51,354 nt of DNA from a virus. Taxonomy: Duplodnaviria; Caudoviricetes. The stretch covers positions 1-51,354 of the IMG/VR virus record IMGVR_UViG_3300020161_000851; one strand, written 5' to 3'. Position 1 is the first letter of the stretch, and each line of letters starts with the position of its first letter. Under the pieces are notes generated by a model. That model was not told where the DNA came from. It made no database searches and worked only from the letters and a program-made list of their open reading frames with translations. The translations under genes and the position numbers were made by a program. Below, piece after piece: positions 35,004 to 46,240 of the stretch.

Positions 35004-38000
35004 GGCAATATCAAACATATCAAACAAACAATTTTATAAGTCTAATTATTCTGAGGCTTTGAAGTCTGTTATTCCATATGTTTATTTTGAGGAAGACTAT
35101 GCAAAGAACGAAAAAGAAATAGACATATTAGATCAGGTTGTAAATTCTCATTTAAAAATAATAGGAAACATATCAAATTTACTTTATGTCAGTGCAATAC
35201 CAGGAACTGTATTTGCGGATATTGACGATCCTTCAGGAATATCAAAATTCTTTGTAAAGCAAAATAACTTAACAGATGTAGATCTTAATGATTTTGAAAG
35301 AAAAATATTAGTCCCATTAGATAAAGCATACTCTGATTTTGAAACTAGTTCAGACTTTTCTGATTATGTTAACACTACTTTACTTCCTGGTATACGATTA
35401 AATACCCCAAGTTTAGACTTTCTTGAAGGTGGAAATGTAAGTGCAAATCATATTTATTTGATAAATAATTTATCTTGGATGTATTTCTTAAACTTAAGCA
35501 GTGCTAGTTTAAATTATAACCCATCCTCTTATGTCCATGATGTATTAGTATCAAAAATATACACTGGTCAATCCATACAAATAAATGACGGTATAAAAGG
35601 ACTCACTGAATATATCTGGAGAAACTACAATTACATCCCTTCTTGGAGTAGCTTGGATATACTTCCTAAAGACTTTAAGCCAATACCTTCAATAACTCAG
35701 GATCAATTTACTAGTGGAACTCAACAATTAGAAAAGTTACTAACATTAGTAGATGTGATTTATTCTCCATTGTATATTGATAACGGAGACACAAGGGTAA
35801 AAGATGCTATCAATGATTACATACAAAATACATATTTAATTGAGCAGCAAATATTAACTGGACCATTTATAAAGCTAATCAAAGCGTTCTCGTTTGCGTT
35901 TGCAGACTATTCAAACTATATTGACAGATTAGAAATTGTAAATGACATAGATAGATGCCCCGAGGAGTTACTGCCTTATTTAGCTGATCTAATAGGTTGG
36001 AAATTATTTGGATCTGAGCCAGATAGATGGAGACTTCAATTAGTTAACGCAGTTGATATTTACAGAAATGTAGGAACTAAAAGATCTATTCAATTAATAT
36101 CAGATTCTGTATTCGGACAGGATGTATTTGACGTTAGCTCTTCTATTTATGAACTTTGGGAGTCTTACATACCATTCCTAATTCAGTATGCATTAGCAAC
36201 TGAGTCTACCTTACTTGACGATTTCTCAACGTGGACTCCAGAGATCTCCAATAATTTGGGCATATCAATCAATGACAGAACTAACATGGATACTAATGTT
36301 AGGTTGTGTGTTGACAAGATAATTTATGATCTTGCATTAAAGTATAGAACTAATTTCTTATTTAAAGGCAAGCCATTCCCAATAGGCGACGTAGATTTCA
36401 TATTTAATTATCGAGGAAGGGATTATTTAGTCCCCCCATTTGAGGAGATTCCATACTACAAAAATATTAGAGTAACTTACGACATGGTTGATACCATAGT
36501 TGATAAACTAGTTTGTTTTGGGGTAAGGCAAGCTTTTGCAGTTCAAGTTGGTAATTACATAAGGAGTAAAGTTTTAGATGTTGCAGACGATACTTTGACA
36601 TCTAATAACGGATGGTTATTCTTTACATCAAGCGTCCAGTATGCACCTAATTGGAATTCTGTAATCAAAGATATAACAAACACCAAGTCTGAATATCTAC
36701 CATTATGGAACGGAAAATCATCACACTTCAAAATAGTGTTTGAAGCTTCTAGCTTTGATTTTAATAAAACTTCATTAGAAGCAGATAGCAGAGAAACATT
36801 GGCTGTCGCATCTCAAGTAGCCAAAGAATTCTCTCCAGCACACTCCATCCCTAATGTCATTGCACTTGTAAATGAGCAAGACTGGTATACTAATTATTCT
36901 GGAACTAATTTTAATTTCGTTAAACTTGACAAGGTTGAGCATGGATCGTTGTTTATCCCTGGGTCTAATGCACTAGCTGGCTATGGTCTTTCTGCTCTTG
37001 TAACCCCATCATACAAGCGTGGTATAACTGCAACTTCTGTAAACACATTCTCTAGAGTAGATGCTGATTCAATAACAGATCCAATTTTAAGTCATGGCGG
37101 GACAGTAGCATTATTGCCAAGAAGATCTCACAGAAGAAGAAATTTAAAGAATATACTCCCTAAAGATGGATTCTATGATAGGACTGGATTTAACATGCCA
37201 GTTTCCTGGCAAGACTATGTGGTTAGCAACGCATCTTTTTTACCTCTAGGGTTTATACCCTCAGGTCTGAAGTTTACCCCAATAACAAACTACAATAGTA
37301 TCCCAGCGGTTTATGGAATTTGTGAAGATCTGAATTCTTCAAATTCTTTTAATGGCGTTGCAACAAGTAATACCTACCCAGTCAGAGGTTGGAATTCATC
37401 TAAATTTAATTTAGCTAAATGCATAGATCGAGGTCAGTTACATCCTTTTGTTGCAACTATTCATCAGATAGGGGAATCTGCAAAGCTTCACGAAGCCTCA
37501 GCATATTACTACTATAACCCCTCTGCTTATGTGGCTAATAGCAACTGGAAAAATGTTTTACAGAGCTATGCAAATAGTTCTACAGAACTTAGTGGAGACT
37601 TCCCAAATTCATTTGATGATTACATCAACTTCAAACTTGGTAGAGACTTCCATAAATTTTATTACGACTACACTCATAACTTTAATTGCCATAGAACTTC
37701 TCCAATAGTATTAAATCAAGATGGTCCAATAATTTTGGCGCATGCTCTAGGCTCTCTATTGTATAATTCTGATTTAACGAAGCTAGGAACTTTAACTACT
37801 CAGAACCCTAGCTTAATTACTTCTAACTTGGCGAGTGCGTTCGATTTTATCGCTGGGCGTGGGATATTCTCTAGTTCAGGGACATCATCAGGAACTTACA
37901 TTGCTAGTTCTATTCTTAATGTTGGAGAAGAAATTTATGAATACAGAAATTCTGGAATACTACAACATATTGAATTTTGTCAGACTTCAGGATCTAGTCA

Positions 38001-39039
38001 AAATAACAACTTTGCGATTATTGACATAGACCCGTCATTTAAGAGTGAAGAAAGAAAAAATAAAATTCTAGACAATAAAGTATTAATACGTCAATCCTCT
38101 TACAATGGATTTGGAAGAATAATATTAGATTTAAGTAAATATAGTCTAAATTCAACGGTATATGATAAAACCAATAATTTCTTAAGTCCAGATCACGATT
38201 TTAATTTAAAACTTAAGACTGTGATAAGTGACTCTGCTGGACTGTCTCTCGGCGGTGGAACCATAGGGATTTGGATACATACCAAGCCTGAGTTGAATAA
38301 GGTATGGTCGTTCACCAGTGATAGGAAGTGGGTCCAGCACTCAGCATCCAGCATGACGTTCTCTCAAGCATTAAATTATTGTAACTTAATTAATTTACCA
38401 TTACAATCAAGAGATCTAACTGAACCATTTGAATGTGCTAGATTCTTAGATATAAACAATCCAAATAGAAAGAATGATGTAGTTGCTTCGATACGTGAAA
38501 ATGACTTTACTGAAATTTCAATAGATTTCCATACAAGAAACCATGCTTGTATTGGAACTGATATTACTCAAGTTAATACTGAATATTTTACCAATATATC
38601 TAACCATGTTCATAGATTAAATCAAAACTATGTCATAGAGATATTCACAATTCCTACTCAAGACGATAAATTTACACTCTATTATGATTTATCTATGATG
38701 GATCTTACACTAAATAAATGGTCGAAACCACTAGTGACAGGAATTCCAAATGGATCCAATATGGGAGAAATTTATTGTAAAGAGTTCAGAGTTGATTTAA
38801 GTAAACATAATATACTTAATATCTTAAAATACTTTAACTTGCTGAGAGGTAAGTATGCCAAAACTGCATACTCTGGAATAAATAATCTCACAGGATATGC
38901 AAGTAGAGAGTCCTCTGCGACTCAGAGATTCTATGAAACTAGCGGCGGAAGCAGAATTAACTATGTAGAATCCCCATTGTGGAATACATATTCTGTGACA
39001 TCAACTGGTCTTTATACAAATATTGTAATTAATAATTAA
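34996..39039 (+). CDS. Large baseplate wedge protein (gp7 / P2 gpI-like domain)
   Basis: DIDRCPEELLPYLADLIGW...AVDIYRNVGTKRSI and FSPAH; follows gp6. Confidence 0.7.
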   Translation: MSKAISNISNKQFYKSNYSEALKSVIPYVYFEEDYAKNEKEIDILDQVVNSHLKIIGNISNLLYVSAIPGTVFADIDDPSGISKFFVKQNNLTDVDLNDFERKILVPLDKAYSDFETSSDFSDYVNTTLLPGIRLNTPSLDFLEGGNVSANHIYLINNLSWMYFLNLSSASLNYNPSSYVHDVLVSKIYTGQSIQINDGIKGLTEYIWRNYNYIPSWSSLDILPKDFKPIPSITQDQFTSGTQQLEKLLTLVDVIYSPLYIDNGDTRVKDAINDYIQNTYLIEQQILTGPFIKLIKAFSFAFADYSNYIDRLEIVNDIDRCPEELLPYLADLIGWKLFGSEPDRWRLQLVNAVDIYRNVGTKRSIQLISDSVFGQDVFDVSSSIYELWESYIPFLIQYALATESTLLDDFSTWTPEISNNLGISINDRTNMDTNVRLCVDKIIYDLALKYRTNFLFKGKPFPIGDVDFIFNYRGRDYLVPPFEEIPYYKNIRVTYDMVDTIVDKLVCFGVRQAFAVQVGNYIRSKVLDVADDTLTSNNGWLFFTSSVQYAPNWNSVIKDITNTKSEYLPLWNGKSSHFKIVFEASSFDFNKTSLEADSRETLAVASQVAKEFSPAHSIPNVIALVNEQDWYTNYSGTNFNFVKLDKVEHGSLFIPGSNALAGYGLSALVTPSYKRGITATSVNTFSRVDADSITDPILSHGGTVALLPRRSHRRRNLKNILPKDGFYDRTGFNMPVSWQDYVVSNASFLPLGFIPSGLKFTPITNYNSIPAVYGICEDLNSSNSFNGVATSNTYPVRGWNSSKFNLAKCIDRGQLHPFVATIHQIGESAKLHEASAYYYYNPSAYVANSNWKNVLQSYANSSTELSGDFPNSFDDYINFKLGRDFHKFYYDYTHNFNCHRTSPIVLNQDGPIILAHALGSLLYNSDLTKLGTLTTQNPSLITSNLASAFDFIAGRGIFSSSGTSSGTYIASSILNVGEEIYEYRNSGILQHIEFCQTSGSSQNNNFAIIDIDPSFKSEERKNKILDNKVLIRQSSYNGFGRIILDLSKYSLNSTVYDKTNNFLSPDHDFNLKLKTVISDSAGLSLGGGTIGIWIHTKPELNKVWSFTSDRKWVQHSASSMTFSQALNYCNLINLPLQSRDLTEPFECARFLDINNPNRKNDVVASIRENDFTEISIDFHTRNHACIGTDITQVNTEYFTNISNHVHRLNQNYVIEIFTIPTQDDKFTLYYDLSMMDLTLNKWSKPLVTGIPNGSNMGEIYCKEFRVDLSKHNILNILKYFNLLRGKYAKTAYSGINNLTGYASRESSATQRFYETSGGSRINYVESPLWNTYSVTSTGLYTNIVINN

Positions 39040-39040
39040 C

Positions 39041-40024
39041 ATGATTTTAGATGGTTTAGGAGAAATAATAGTTGATGCTTTAACAGCAAATAGGAGCCTA
39101 TCTGGCATCTCGTCTGCGTCTGCTATCCTCGATACATCTAATTATACGTTTCATGCCATCAGTTATAGTAAAAATGCCGATGGGTTTAGATCACATGGGC
39201 ATACAATTCTATCACCTTCAGGGTCTGGAAACGGGGTCATTAAAGTATTATCATATCAACCCGTATCGGTGTCAAGTTACCATAGCTCCGCAATAGCTTC
39301 AGCAATTCCAGATTCTTACAGATTACTTCCAGACCCTCCAAAACCTACAGATACAAGGTTGGAACTTAAATCAACAGTTCCAAATTATTCTTCGGGAGTT
39401 CCAGATCTAGGTCACTGTCTTAATTCTGGAATTGATCAAAACTTAAGTGGGTTTTCCCATTTAATTGGATGCTACCCTAGACCTTTAGGGTTAAATTATT
39501 GGGTTGTCTCTTCTGCTGCTAACCCAGGAACTAGTGTTATTTATAGTGGAACTTTATACTCTAATTATAATTTCGATAAAGTAATGGACGCTTCTGGATT
39601 TTTAACTTTTGCAGGTAGTTCCATAGCAGACCATGTAAATTTGTATACTTTGGGCGTAGGAAGTTATGGAGTTCTTAGGACTCCACTGCCGGATTTTCCA
39701 AATAGAATAAGGTTGTTCTGGTATCTTGGGACTGGTGATGCAGGTTCTCTATTATTATTTGGTGGAATATACCAAATTGGGTTATGGTGTTTAGATTTAA
39801 AAGAAATGTTAAGACAGGGTTATAATCCACCTTTTGCTTTTAATCATCTAAATAATATAAGAAAGTATAAATTAGTAGCTAAAAAAACTTTTAATAGAGA
39901 TATACTATACTTAAATGATGTTGGGGTGTCTAGTGGATTTAATCATAGTTTTGATTACCCTACAAACTATGCATCCCCGTTGTGGTCTGGGATGTCGTTT
40001 AATTGGGATATAAATTTTGTGTGA
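39041..40024 (+). CDS. Baseplate/collar structural protein (paralogue of the next gene)
   Basis: MILDGLG, QIGLW, LVAKKTF and FNWDINF parallel motifs in 40028..40636. Confidence 0.55.
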   Translation: MILDGLGEIIVDALTANRSLSGISSASAILDTSNYTFHAISYSKNADGFRSHGHTILSPSGSGNGVIKVLSYQPVSVSSYHSSAIASAIPDSYRLLPDPPKPTDTRLELKSTVPNYSSGVPDLGHCLNSGIDQNLSGFSHLIGCYPRPLGLNYWVVSSAANPGTSVIYSGTLYSNYNFDKVMDASGFLTFAGSSIADHVNLYTLGVGSYGVLRTPLPDFPNRIRLFWYLGTGDAGSLLLFGGIYQIGLWCLDLKEMLRQGYNPPFAFNHLNNIRKYKLVAKKTFNRDILYLNDVGVSSGFNHSFDYPTNYASPLWSGMSFNWDINFV

Positions 40025-40027
40025 TTT

Positions 40028-40636
40028 ATGATATTAAATTTGATGGAAGATTTGGATATTAAAGGGCATCTTACGATCTCTAAGGTTTACCGTGATGGGA
40101 ACGAAGAGATTATTTTTGATGACCATAATATAATTGTATCTGGAATGGGAGTCGCTTTAGCTCATATGTTTGCTTTGTCTGGATCTAATTCAATATTAGA
40201 TTATCAAATAGACAGATTTCAAGTTGGAGTTAGCGGAGCGGCATCCCTTGAATTAAGTTCTACTAATCAATTAAGTGGTCCTCTTTCATCATTTGCAGAA
40301 TATGGTATCGAAGGGGACATCCTCGCGGCATCCGCATATCAAATAATAAATAATTCTATAGTTTCAATAGCAAAATATTATGGAATTATCCCACAGCAAA
40401 ACATAACCAGAATAGACGCTAACACAGTAAGATACACTATAGTAATTGACGAAAACTCTTGCAACAATCTTACTAGAGGAGGTGTTGAAAGTGCATTGAA
40501 TGAAATAGGATTATTTGTTAAAAATATAAAGAACAACGCTACTCAGTCGCCTATTCTCGTAGCTTACAGGCATTTTGATAACATTCTCAAAACCTCAGAC
40601 TTCTCATTAGTTTTTAGATGGAGTATAAACTTCTAA
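40028..40636 (+). CDS. Baseplate/tail-collar fibre-like protein
   Basis: KGHLTI, HNIIVSG, FQVG, LNEIGLF, LVAYRHF..ILKTSDFSLVFRWSINF. Confidence 0.65.
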   Translation: MILNLMEDLDIKGHLTISKVYRDGNEEIIFDDHNIIVSGMGVALAHMFALSGSNSILDYQIDRFQVGVSGAASLELSSTNQLSGPLSSFAEYGIEGDILAASAYQIINNSIVSIAKYYGIIPQQNITRIDANTVRYTIVIDENSCNNLTRGGVESALNEIGLFVKNIKNNATQSPILVAYRHFDNILKTSDFSLVFRWSINF

Positions 40637-40637
40637 C

Positions 40638-43600
40638 ATGTTTTTACCTGGAGATATTTACACAACTAGCGGACCTTTAAAACTTTATCATTGCTGGACA
40701 GATAAGGTAACCAAGTATGATTCCAGTTCGTTCTACAACTGGGAACAAGATAATCTTCCAATTTATGATTTGGAAGAAAGAACTTTTTATCTCTGGGAAC
40801 AATTAGGGTATCCAACCTCTTCTATTCCAGGTGCGGCTTTAGTAGTGTCGGCAGATGCCCCTGATGCTGTAGTAGGTTGTAATAAGAATATATTCAGAAC
40901 TGTTAGTGCTGCTATAGAGGCTCTCCCTCAAATAATTAATTTTCCAATAATAATTGAAATAGCTAATTTCGGTCAACTTGGAGACCTTACATTAAATAAC
41001 TACAAGTTTGGTCCAAGAGGATCTCTTGAGATTATAAATAGAAATTTCTCTAAGCAAGAATACTCTTTGTCTGGAGATCTTAGCAATAGTGGGTTGGATC
41101 CTCAAGTATGTGCATCATATTATGCGGGAACAAACCCAAGAAATTATGTTGGATCTTTTTCAATTTATGCAGCCGCTTTCGCTGGGATACAAGAGACAAC
41201 CCCAATGCAAGGATTCCTTGATTCAAGTTGCTTATCAATATCAGCAGCAGTATTCAGTGGAACCCGAGATGTTAGACTTTCTGGGGCTGGACCGACTCCA
41301 ACATTGAATGGATATGTGTCAGTATTTAAGATTAAAAGCAATTACAATAAATCTACACTAATTGTAGATTCTAAAAATAATACGCAACCTTACACAAGCG
41401 ATAATTATGGTATTGCATTCACCCCGTATGCCCTCAATCCAGAATCATCAGATGATATACATGTGAAAGATGCTAGCACTGTTGATTATTTAAATAATAA
41501 CTTATTATTAAATTCTAATAATGATACTGGATTGAACCTTAACAGAGCATTTAATGGATTATATTACGGTAATAAATTAAATAAAATTTATATTAATAAC
41601 TGTGATGGACCAATATTTATTAGAAACTTTTTCTTGGATGGTAAGGGGTCAACAGTAACTAATAATCATTATGGAGTAGAAGTAAATAATTCTCCAAATA
41701 TCTATTTAGAAAATATCGTATCTACTAGGTATAGAAAAGCAGGATTCTATTTTAATAATTCAACGGTAAACATTCTTAGATCCTGTGTAGCTAACAGAAT
41801 TTATGATTTTGATTCTTCTAATAGAAGAATAACTGGTAACTTCTCAGATAGAAGAGTTGGAATAACCTATAACGACTCAAGCAGTTATTTAGAGATAGAT
41901 CAAGCTGCCGGATTGGTTGCTAATAATAGTTTTATCAACTTCTCCTCAACAAGAGATTGGGAATATGCAAGATATGCAGAAAATCTAACTTCTTGGAAAG
42001 CTACTCCAAATGCTTACCATGTCATAGAATTTAATGACAATGCAAATGGAGTTATATTAAATAATTCAATAATGGTTGGGGGAGACTCAAGAAGATCTTC
42101 CTCTGATAACTTAGCTCAAATAATAGATGAAACAATTTTTGATTTTAATTCAAATGTAATTTGTGGTTTAGTAGCTAATAATTCAAAAATTTCTCTTAAT
42201 GGTTTAGTAAGACTAAGAGAAAACTTAAAGGGACTGGAGGCTAATTCATCAGAATTAGAGGTTGAATCCTTAGAAGCTATTCATAACCAAACTGTTGGCG
42301 TTGAACTAAATAACTCTGTAGCTCTTTATAATAAAAATTTAAAGAAGTATCACTCTACAGGAACTTTAAGAACTCACCTAATACAACGCCCAGGTTACTT
42401 CCTAGGTAATGGAATTCATCTAAGTTTAAATTCTAGCAAGATGTTACCTCAGATAACTTCAGGGATGGAACTTAGATATTGTGACATGAGATTTATTTCT
42501 CCAATAGGATCTTATGTTTCAGGGGTCTTAACTGAATCAATTCGTGTAGATAATAAATCAGAGCTTTGTTTGATTTCTCCAAGAATAGAAAGAGACGATA
42601 CGCATAGTAAATCTGGAACATCAAAGAAAGGCTCTGAAATAAATTGTTTAAATAATTCTAAAACAATAATAAGAGGGACAGGCTACTTCCCAACTAGAAT
42701 AATTGGACCTAACACTAGAGACAACCAAAAAAATATCGCAGCCATCACTGCTAATCAAAACTCTACTGTTGATGTTAACGGACCAACAATTATTGCTCAA
42801 TTCGGAATAGATTTATTAGCTGATAAAAATTCAACTATAAATCTATCACCACCAAAATCTGAGCTGGATGGTGTATTAGATATTAGTTCTATAAATTTAA
42901 ATGATAGTTCGAACCATACTATGGTGGAACTGCATAGCACAAGAGCATGTATTGTTGTAGATAATCAATCTACTCTCAATATGAAAGATCTTGGAAGTTA
43001 CAGAACGAGATGGGACATGACTGGGACTTTTAATTCATTTGGCCCAGATTACGGTGGAATTAATGATACTGCATTTAATACAACCTATGTAAGCGGAGGA
43101 TCTCTCCAGTTCTATCCAAATCCAAACGCCATAGGAACAACTAATGCTGCAATTTGTGTCACTGCAACAACAGAAAACTTATTCACAAAATATCCAAATG
43201 GCTATGGTGCGTTGTATGGATTGAATAATTCAGTCTTAACATTTAGCTCTGTAACATTTGGTGGAATGTGTGTTAGAGCTTTAAATAACAGTGTGATAAA
43301 TGCGCATAACGTAAATTTCCCTTGTGGGTGGTGGAATGCTTCGGCACCATATTATGATAAGTCAATAACTTTTGATAGTGGTGGTGCTTGCTATAGACCA
43401 TTTATATGGAACATTGCGGATTCTTCACAATTAAAATCTTCATTCCTATCAGTAAGCGGATTATTCCCAAGATTAGCTGGGTATGTAGGGCCATACGGTT
43501 TCTGGAAAGGAGCGGATAACGCAGCATACTACGGTGCCCCATCGTCAACCCCAGATACAAGCTCCATATCCATTCTCGACATTTATGGTGCTAATCCTTC

Positions 43601-44069
43601 AGGAACAGCATTTACGAATGTTACAGCTACTAATTATGGCCCGTTCAGACTTTACTTTGGAGTAAATCCATTTGTAAATTCTCTAACAGAGCTTAATGGT
43701 TCTGGTGGTGTGGAGATTATAAAGCAAATATATTCTCAAGGATATCAACCGTCTGCTTCATTGCTTTGCAGCGGATCTCCTAGTGCAATATATAAGATGG
43801 CATTAATTAGAAATTCTAACGGTGTGATATCCCCTTCTGGATTCTATTATGGATCTGGAGTTACTGATACTGCTGGGCATATGAGAGTATTACTAGACGA
43901 ATCTTCAGCGGAAACATTCGCTAATGCAAAGCACTGCGCGGCTGGAAGGTCAGGTAATTCTAAATTAGTATCAATTTACTATCCGTATACTATAGCTAGG
44001 TATGGGGATACTTACTCAACTAAGGGAGTAGCATCAGTAAATACGTTCGATATAGAGAGGGATAATTAA
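40638..44069 (+). CDS. Beta-helix tailspike/fibre-like protein
   Basis: FRTVSAAIEALP (pectin-lyase-fold entry motif) and repeated G.x.LNNS / ANNS rungs. Confidence 0.65.
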   Translation: MFLPGDIYTTSGPLKLYHCWTDKVTKYDSSSFYNWEQDNLPIYDLEERTFYLWEQLGYPTSSIPGAALVVSADAPDAVVGCNKNIFRTVSAAIEALPQIINFPIIIEIANFGQLGDLTLNNYKFGPRGSLEIINRNFSKQEYSLSGDLSNSGLDPQVCASYYAGTNPRNYVGSFSIYAAAFAGIQETTPMQGFLDSSCLSISAAVFSGTRDVRLSGAGPTPTLNGYVSVFKIKSNYNKSTLIVDSKNNTQPYTSDNYGIAFTPYALNPESSDDIHVKDASTVDYLNNNLLLNSNNDTGLNLNRAFNGLYYGNKLNKIYINNCDGPIFIRNFFLDGKGSTVTNNHYGVEVNNSPNIYLENIVSTRYRKAGFYFNNSTVNILRSCVANRIYDFDSSNRRITGNFSDRRVGITYNDSSSYLEIDQAAGLVANNSFINFSSTRDWEYARYAENLTSWKATPNAYHVIEFNDNANGVILNNSIMVGGDSRRSSSDNLAQIIDETIFDFNSNVICGLVANNSKISLNGLVRLRENLKGLEANSSELEVESLEAIHNQTVGVELNNSVALYNKNLKKYHSTGTLRTHLIQRPGYFLGNGIHLSLNSSKMLPQITSGMELRYCDMRFISPIGSYVSGVLTESIRVDNKSELCLISPRIERDDTHSKSGTSKKGSEINCLNNSKTIIRGTGYFPTRIIGPNTRDNQKNIAAITANQNSTVDVNGPTIIAQFGIDLLADKNSTINLSPPKSELDGVLDISSINLNDSSNHTMVELHSTRACIVVDNQSTLNMKDLGSYRTRWDMTGTFNSFGPDYGGINDTAFNTTYVSGGSLQFYPNPNAIGTTNAAICVTATTENLFTKYPNGYGALYGLNNSVLTFSSVTFGGMCVRALNNSVINAHNVNFPCGWWNASAPYYDKSITFDSGGACYRPFIWNIADSSQLKSSFLSVSGLFPRLAGYVGPYGFWKGADNAAYYGAPSSTPDTSSISILDIYGANPSGTAFTNVTATNYGPFRLYFGVNPFVNSLTELNGSGGVEIIKQIYSQGYQPSASLLCSGSPSAIYKMALIRNSNGVISPSGFYYGSGVTDTAGHMRVLLDESSAETFANAKHCAAGRSGNSKLVSIYYPYTIARYGDTYSTKGVASVNTFDIERDN

Positions 44070-46240
44070 TGACTAGTTTTAATTTTGCAGACAGCCAATA
44101 TAGATTTACTAGCCCAATACGATATTTTAAGGCTAACGATCCAATTTATTATGAAGTGGATAACATCCCTCTTAAACAACTGCACGAAAACGATCTCTGG
44201 TTAAAGGATCAAATATTTACAGTTAGAACTTCAGTGGAAGGTGGAATAGAGAGGTCAGATATAAATGAACTTAGACCTTATGTAGACGAGTTTGATAATA
44301 CTGTAAAAGTAAAGCCAGGAAGATTTACTGCTAGAATAAATGATGCTTATGATCTGACTCCACTACAAGTAATATCAAAATTTACAGGTGCATCCGCAGT
44401 AGTAGAATACAATTCTTGGACCGCAGCCAGTTTGTCATCTTCTGGAATTTCAGCTATAATTGAAAGGTTTAAGCAAGCTGTCGCACTAAATCTGAACGGT
44501 TTGGTAGAAAGAGCTTTTACTCGACCAGCAGTTATTCCTGATTATGCTGATACCAGATTCACATCTCAAACAACTCCAAAAATATCAATTATAACAGGCC
44601 CAGAATCTGCGTATGGTCAGCCCCCATACCCATTAACAAATGCCGTGTTATGGAGTAATTTCAACGATCAATCCAGCCAAGCAATAAGATCTGATTTGTA
44701 TGTCATAAGGCAATACGATGATCTACAGCCAAGCGCAACGGTAGGGTTTGCTAGAATGGGTTCTGCTGAAACTGCATTTATTAAGCGGTGGAGGGGAATA
44801 GCAAGAACTGCTGTTGTTGATGTTCCAAATGAATTAAATATAGAAATTCCACCATTTAGAAGCGCAGACTTCTTTTACTATGATTCGCAAGGTGTTAAAC
44901 AGTTTTTAACAAATGCAACTCAAAGAATAGATCTTTTGTTTGTTTACGCTAAACCCATTGATGCGAGTTCTACGACTATTGCAAAATACGTAAATGGTTC
45001 TCCAACTAAGATAACTAGAGCAGAACTCGGAATTGTGTATGGTGCAGGACTTGGTGTAGATTTTAAATCAAGTAACTCTAGAAATCAAAAAGTTTTAGAA
45101 TCGGCGGGCCTTACAAAATTATACCCTAATACTGACGATTCGACTCTGCCTGACGGAACAATAAAGATGCTGGCTCACTTTGGTGATGAGTCAGGTCAGA
45201 ATACTGGATTTAACATTTCTGGTGTATCATTAAAAGGATCCTTCCCCTCACCAGATGATTTAATGAATTTAAGTCCTCTATTAGATGAAGATTTGTCTAG
45301 CTCAAGTGTTAATCTAATTGGACAAAGCGTATTACTTTTAGCATATATTGTAGTAAGAAAAAACCCAACTTCAACAAATTCTGAAGGTATTACAGTCTTA
45401 ACTCAGAATGATATAGTTGATATTAGACCGTTCTTGAGAACAACGGAGCTTTCTTATAACGAAAGAGCAGGTATCGCAGCAGCAGTCCCATCTCCATCTA
45501 TAGCGAATCCTATAGTTACTCAAGCTGAATTAGATTTTGAGCTTAAGAAACTTAGAACAGAGTTATTAACTCAAATTCCTAGTATTCCAGATATTCCAGT
45601 TTTGACATACAGAACTTTCTATACTCCAAGAGAGCAAACCGTATTACTAACTCAAGATTTACTAGTAACTCAAGGATTAGCAAAAACTAGCGTTTTAGGA
45701 AGCAGATCTAATCCAGGAGAATTTTTAATATCTTCAGAAGATCTTCAACTTGGTGATCCAGTTCTATTCCCATCAATTCAAAATGAACCAACAAGGTATA
45801 GAAGATATTTAAGTGAATTGATACTTAGAATTGAAGCTATTCATACTCAACAAGATATTTGGCCTGCTTCCCTATCATTAGGGTTTGTAGATGGAAATTC
45901 TAGAAATATACCACCAAGATATATTAAATCTGGAGTAATTGGTTTAGCCATTGCTGATGGCCGCGTTAGAGATAACGATTCATACGGAGGATATAGGACA
46001 GTAAATCATATAAACTATCCAGTATCAGGTTCTACACTGAGTGTTCCAGTATTACCAATAATAATGAAAACTTACATATCAAGAGATTCAGTATTAGATT
46101 CTGGATCCCCTGGAAGCTTGCTACCTACTCAAAATGATTACGATACGCTACCAGACAGTAACTTATACTTTAAAGTATATGTAACTGGATATAAGATAAT
46201 AAACGTAGATAGATTTAAGGGTATCCCACTTGATGTATAA
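44069..46240 (+). CDS. Virion structural protein (fibre-attachment type)
   Basis: N-terminal DNIPLKQLHENDLWLKDQI, RIDLLFVY, LLAYIVV and DIVDIRPF resemble baseplate-distal fibre proteins. Confidence 0.55.
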   Translation: MTSFNFADSQYRFTSPIRYFKANDPIYYEVDNIPLKQLHENDLWLKDQIFTVRTSVEGGIERSDINELRPYVDEFDNTVKVKPGRFTARINDAYDLTPLQVISKFTGASAVVEYNSWTAASLSSSGISAIIERFKQAVALNLNGLVERAFTRPAVIPDYADTRFTSQTTPKISIITGPESAYGQPPYPLTNAVLWSNFNDQSSQAIRSDLYVIRQYDDLQPSATVGFARMGSAETAFIKRWRGIARTAVVDVPNELNIEIPPFRSADFFYYDSQGVKQFLTNATQRIDLLFVYAKPIDASSTTIAKYVNGSPTKITRAELGIVYGAGLGVDFKSSNSRNQKVLESAGLTKLYPNTDDSTLPDGTIKMLAHFGDESGQNTGFNISGVSLKGSFPSPDDLMNLSPLLDEDLSSSSVNLIGQSVLLLAYIVVRKNPTSTNSEGITVLTQNDIVDIRPFLRTTELSYNERAGIAAAVPSPSIANPIVTQAELDFELKKLRTELLTQIPSIPDIPVLTYRTFYTPREQTVLLTQDLLVTQGLAKTSVLGSRSNPGEFLISSEDLQLGDPVLFPSIQNEPTRYRRYLSELILRIEAIHTQQDIWPASLSLGFVDGNSRNIPPRYIKSGVIGLAIADGRVRDNDSYGGYRTVNHINYPVSGSTLSVPVLPIIMKTYISRDSVLDSGSPGSLLPTQNDYDTLPDSNLYFKVYVTGYKIINVDRFKGIPLDV

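Noticed and set aside
22624-40636. Bacterial contractile injection system or tailocin
   Set aside because: Terminase, portal, prohead protease and scaffold are present, so this is a phage
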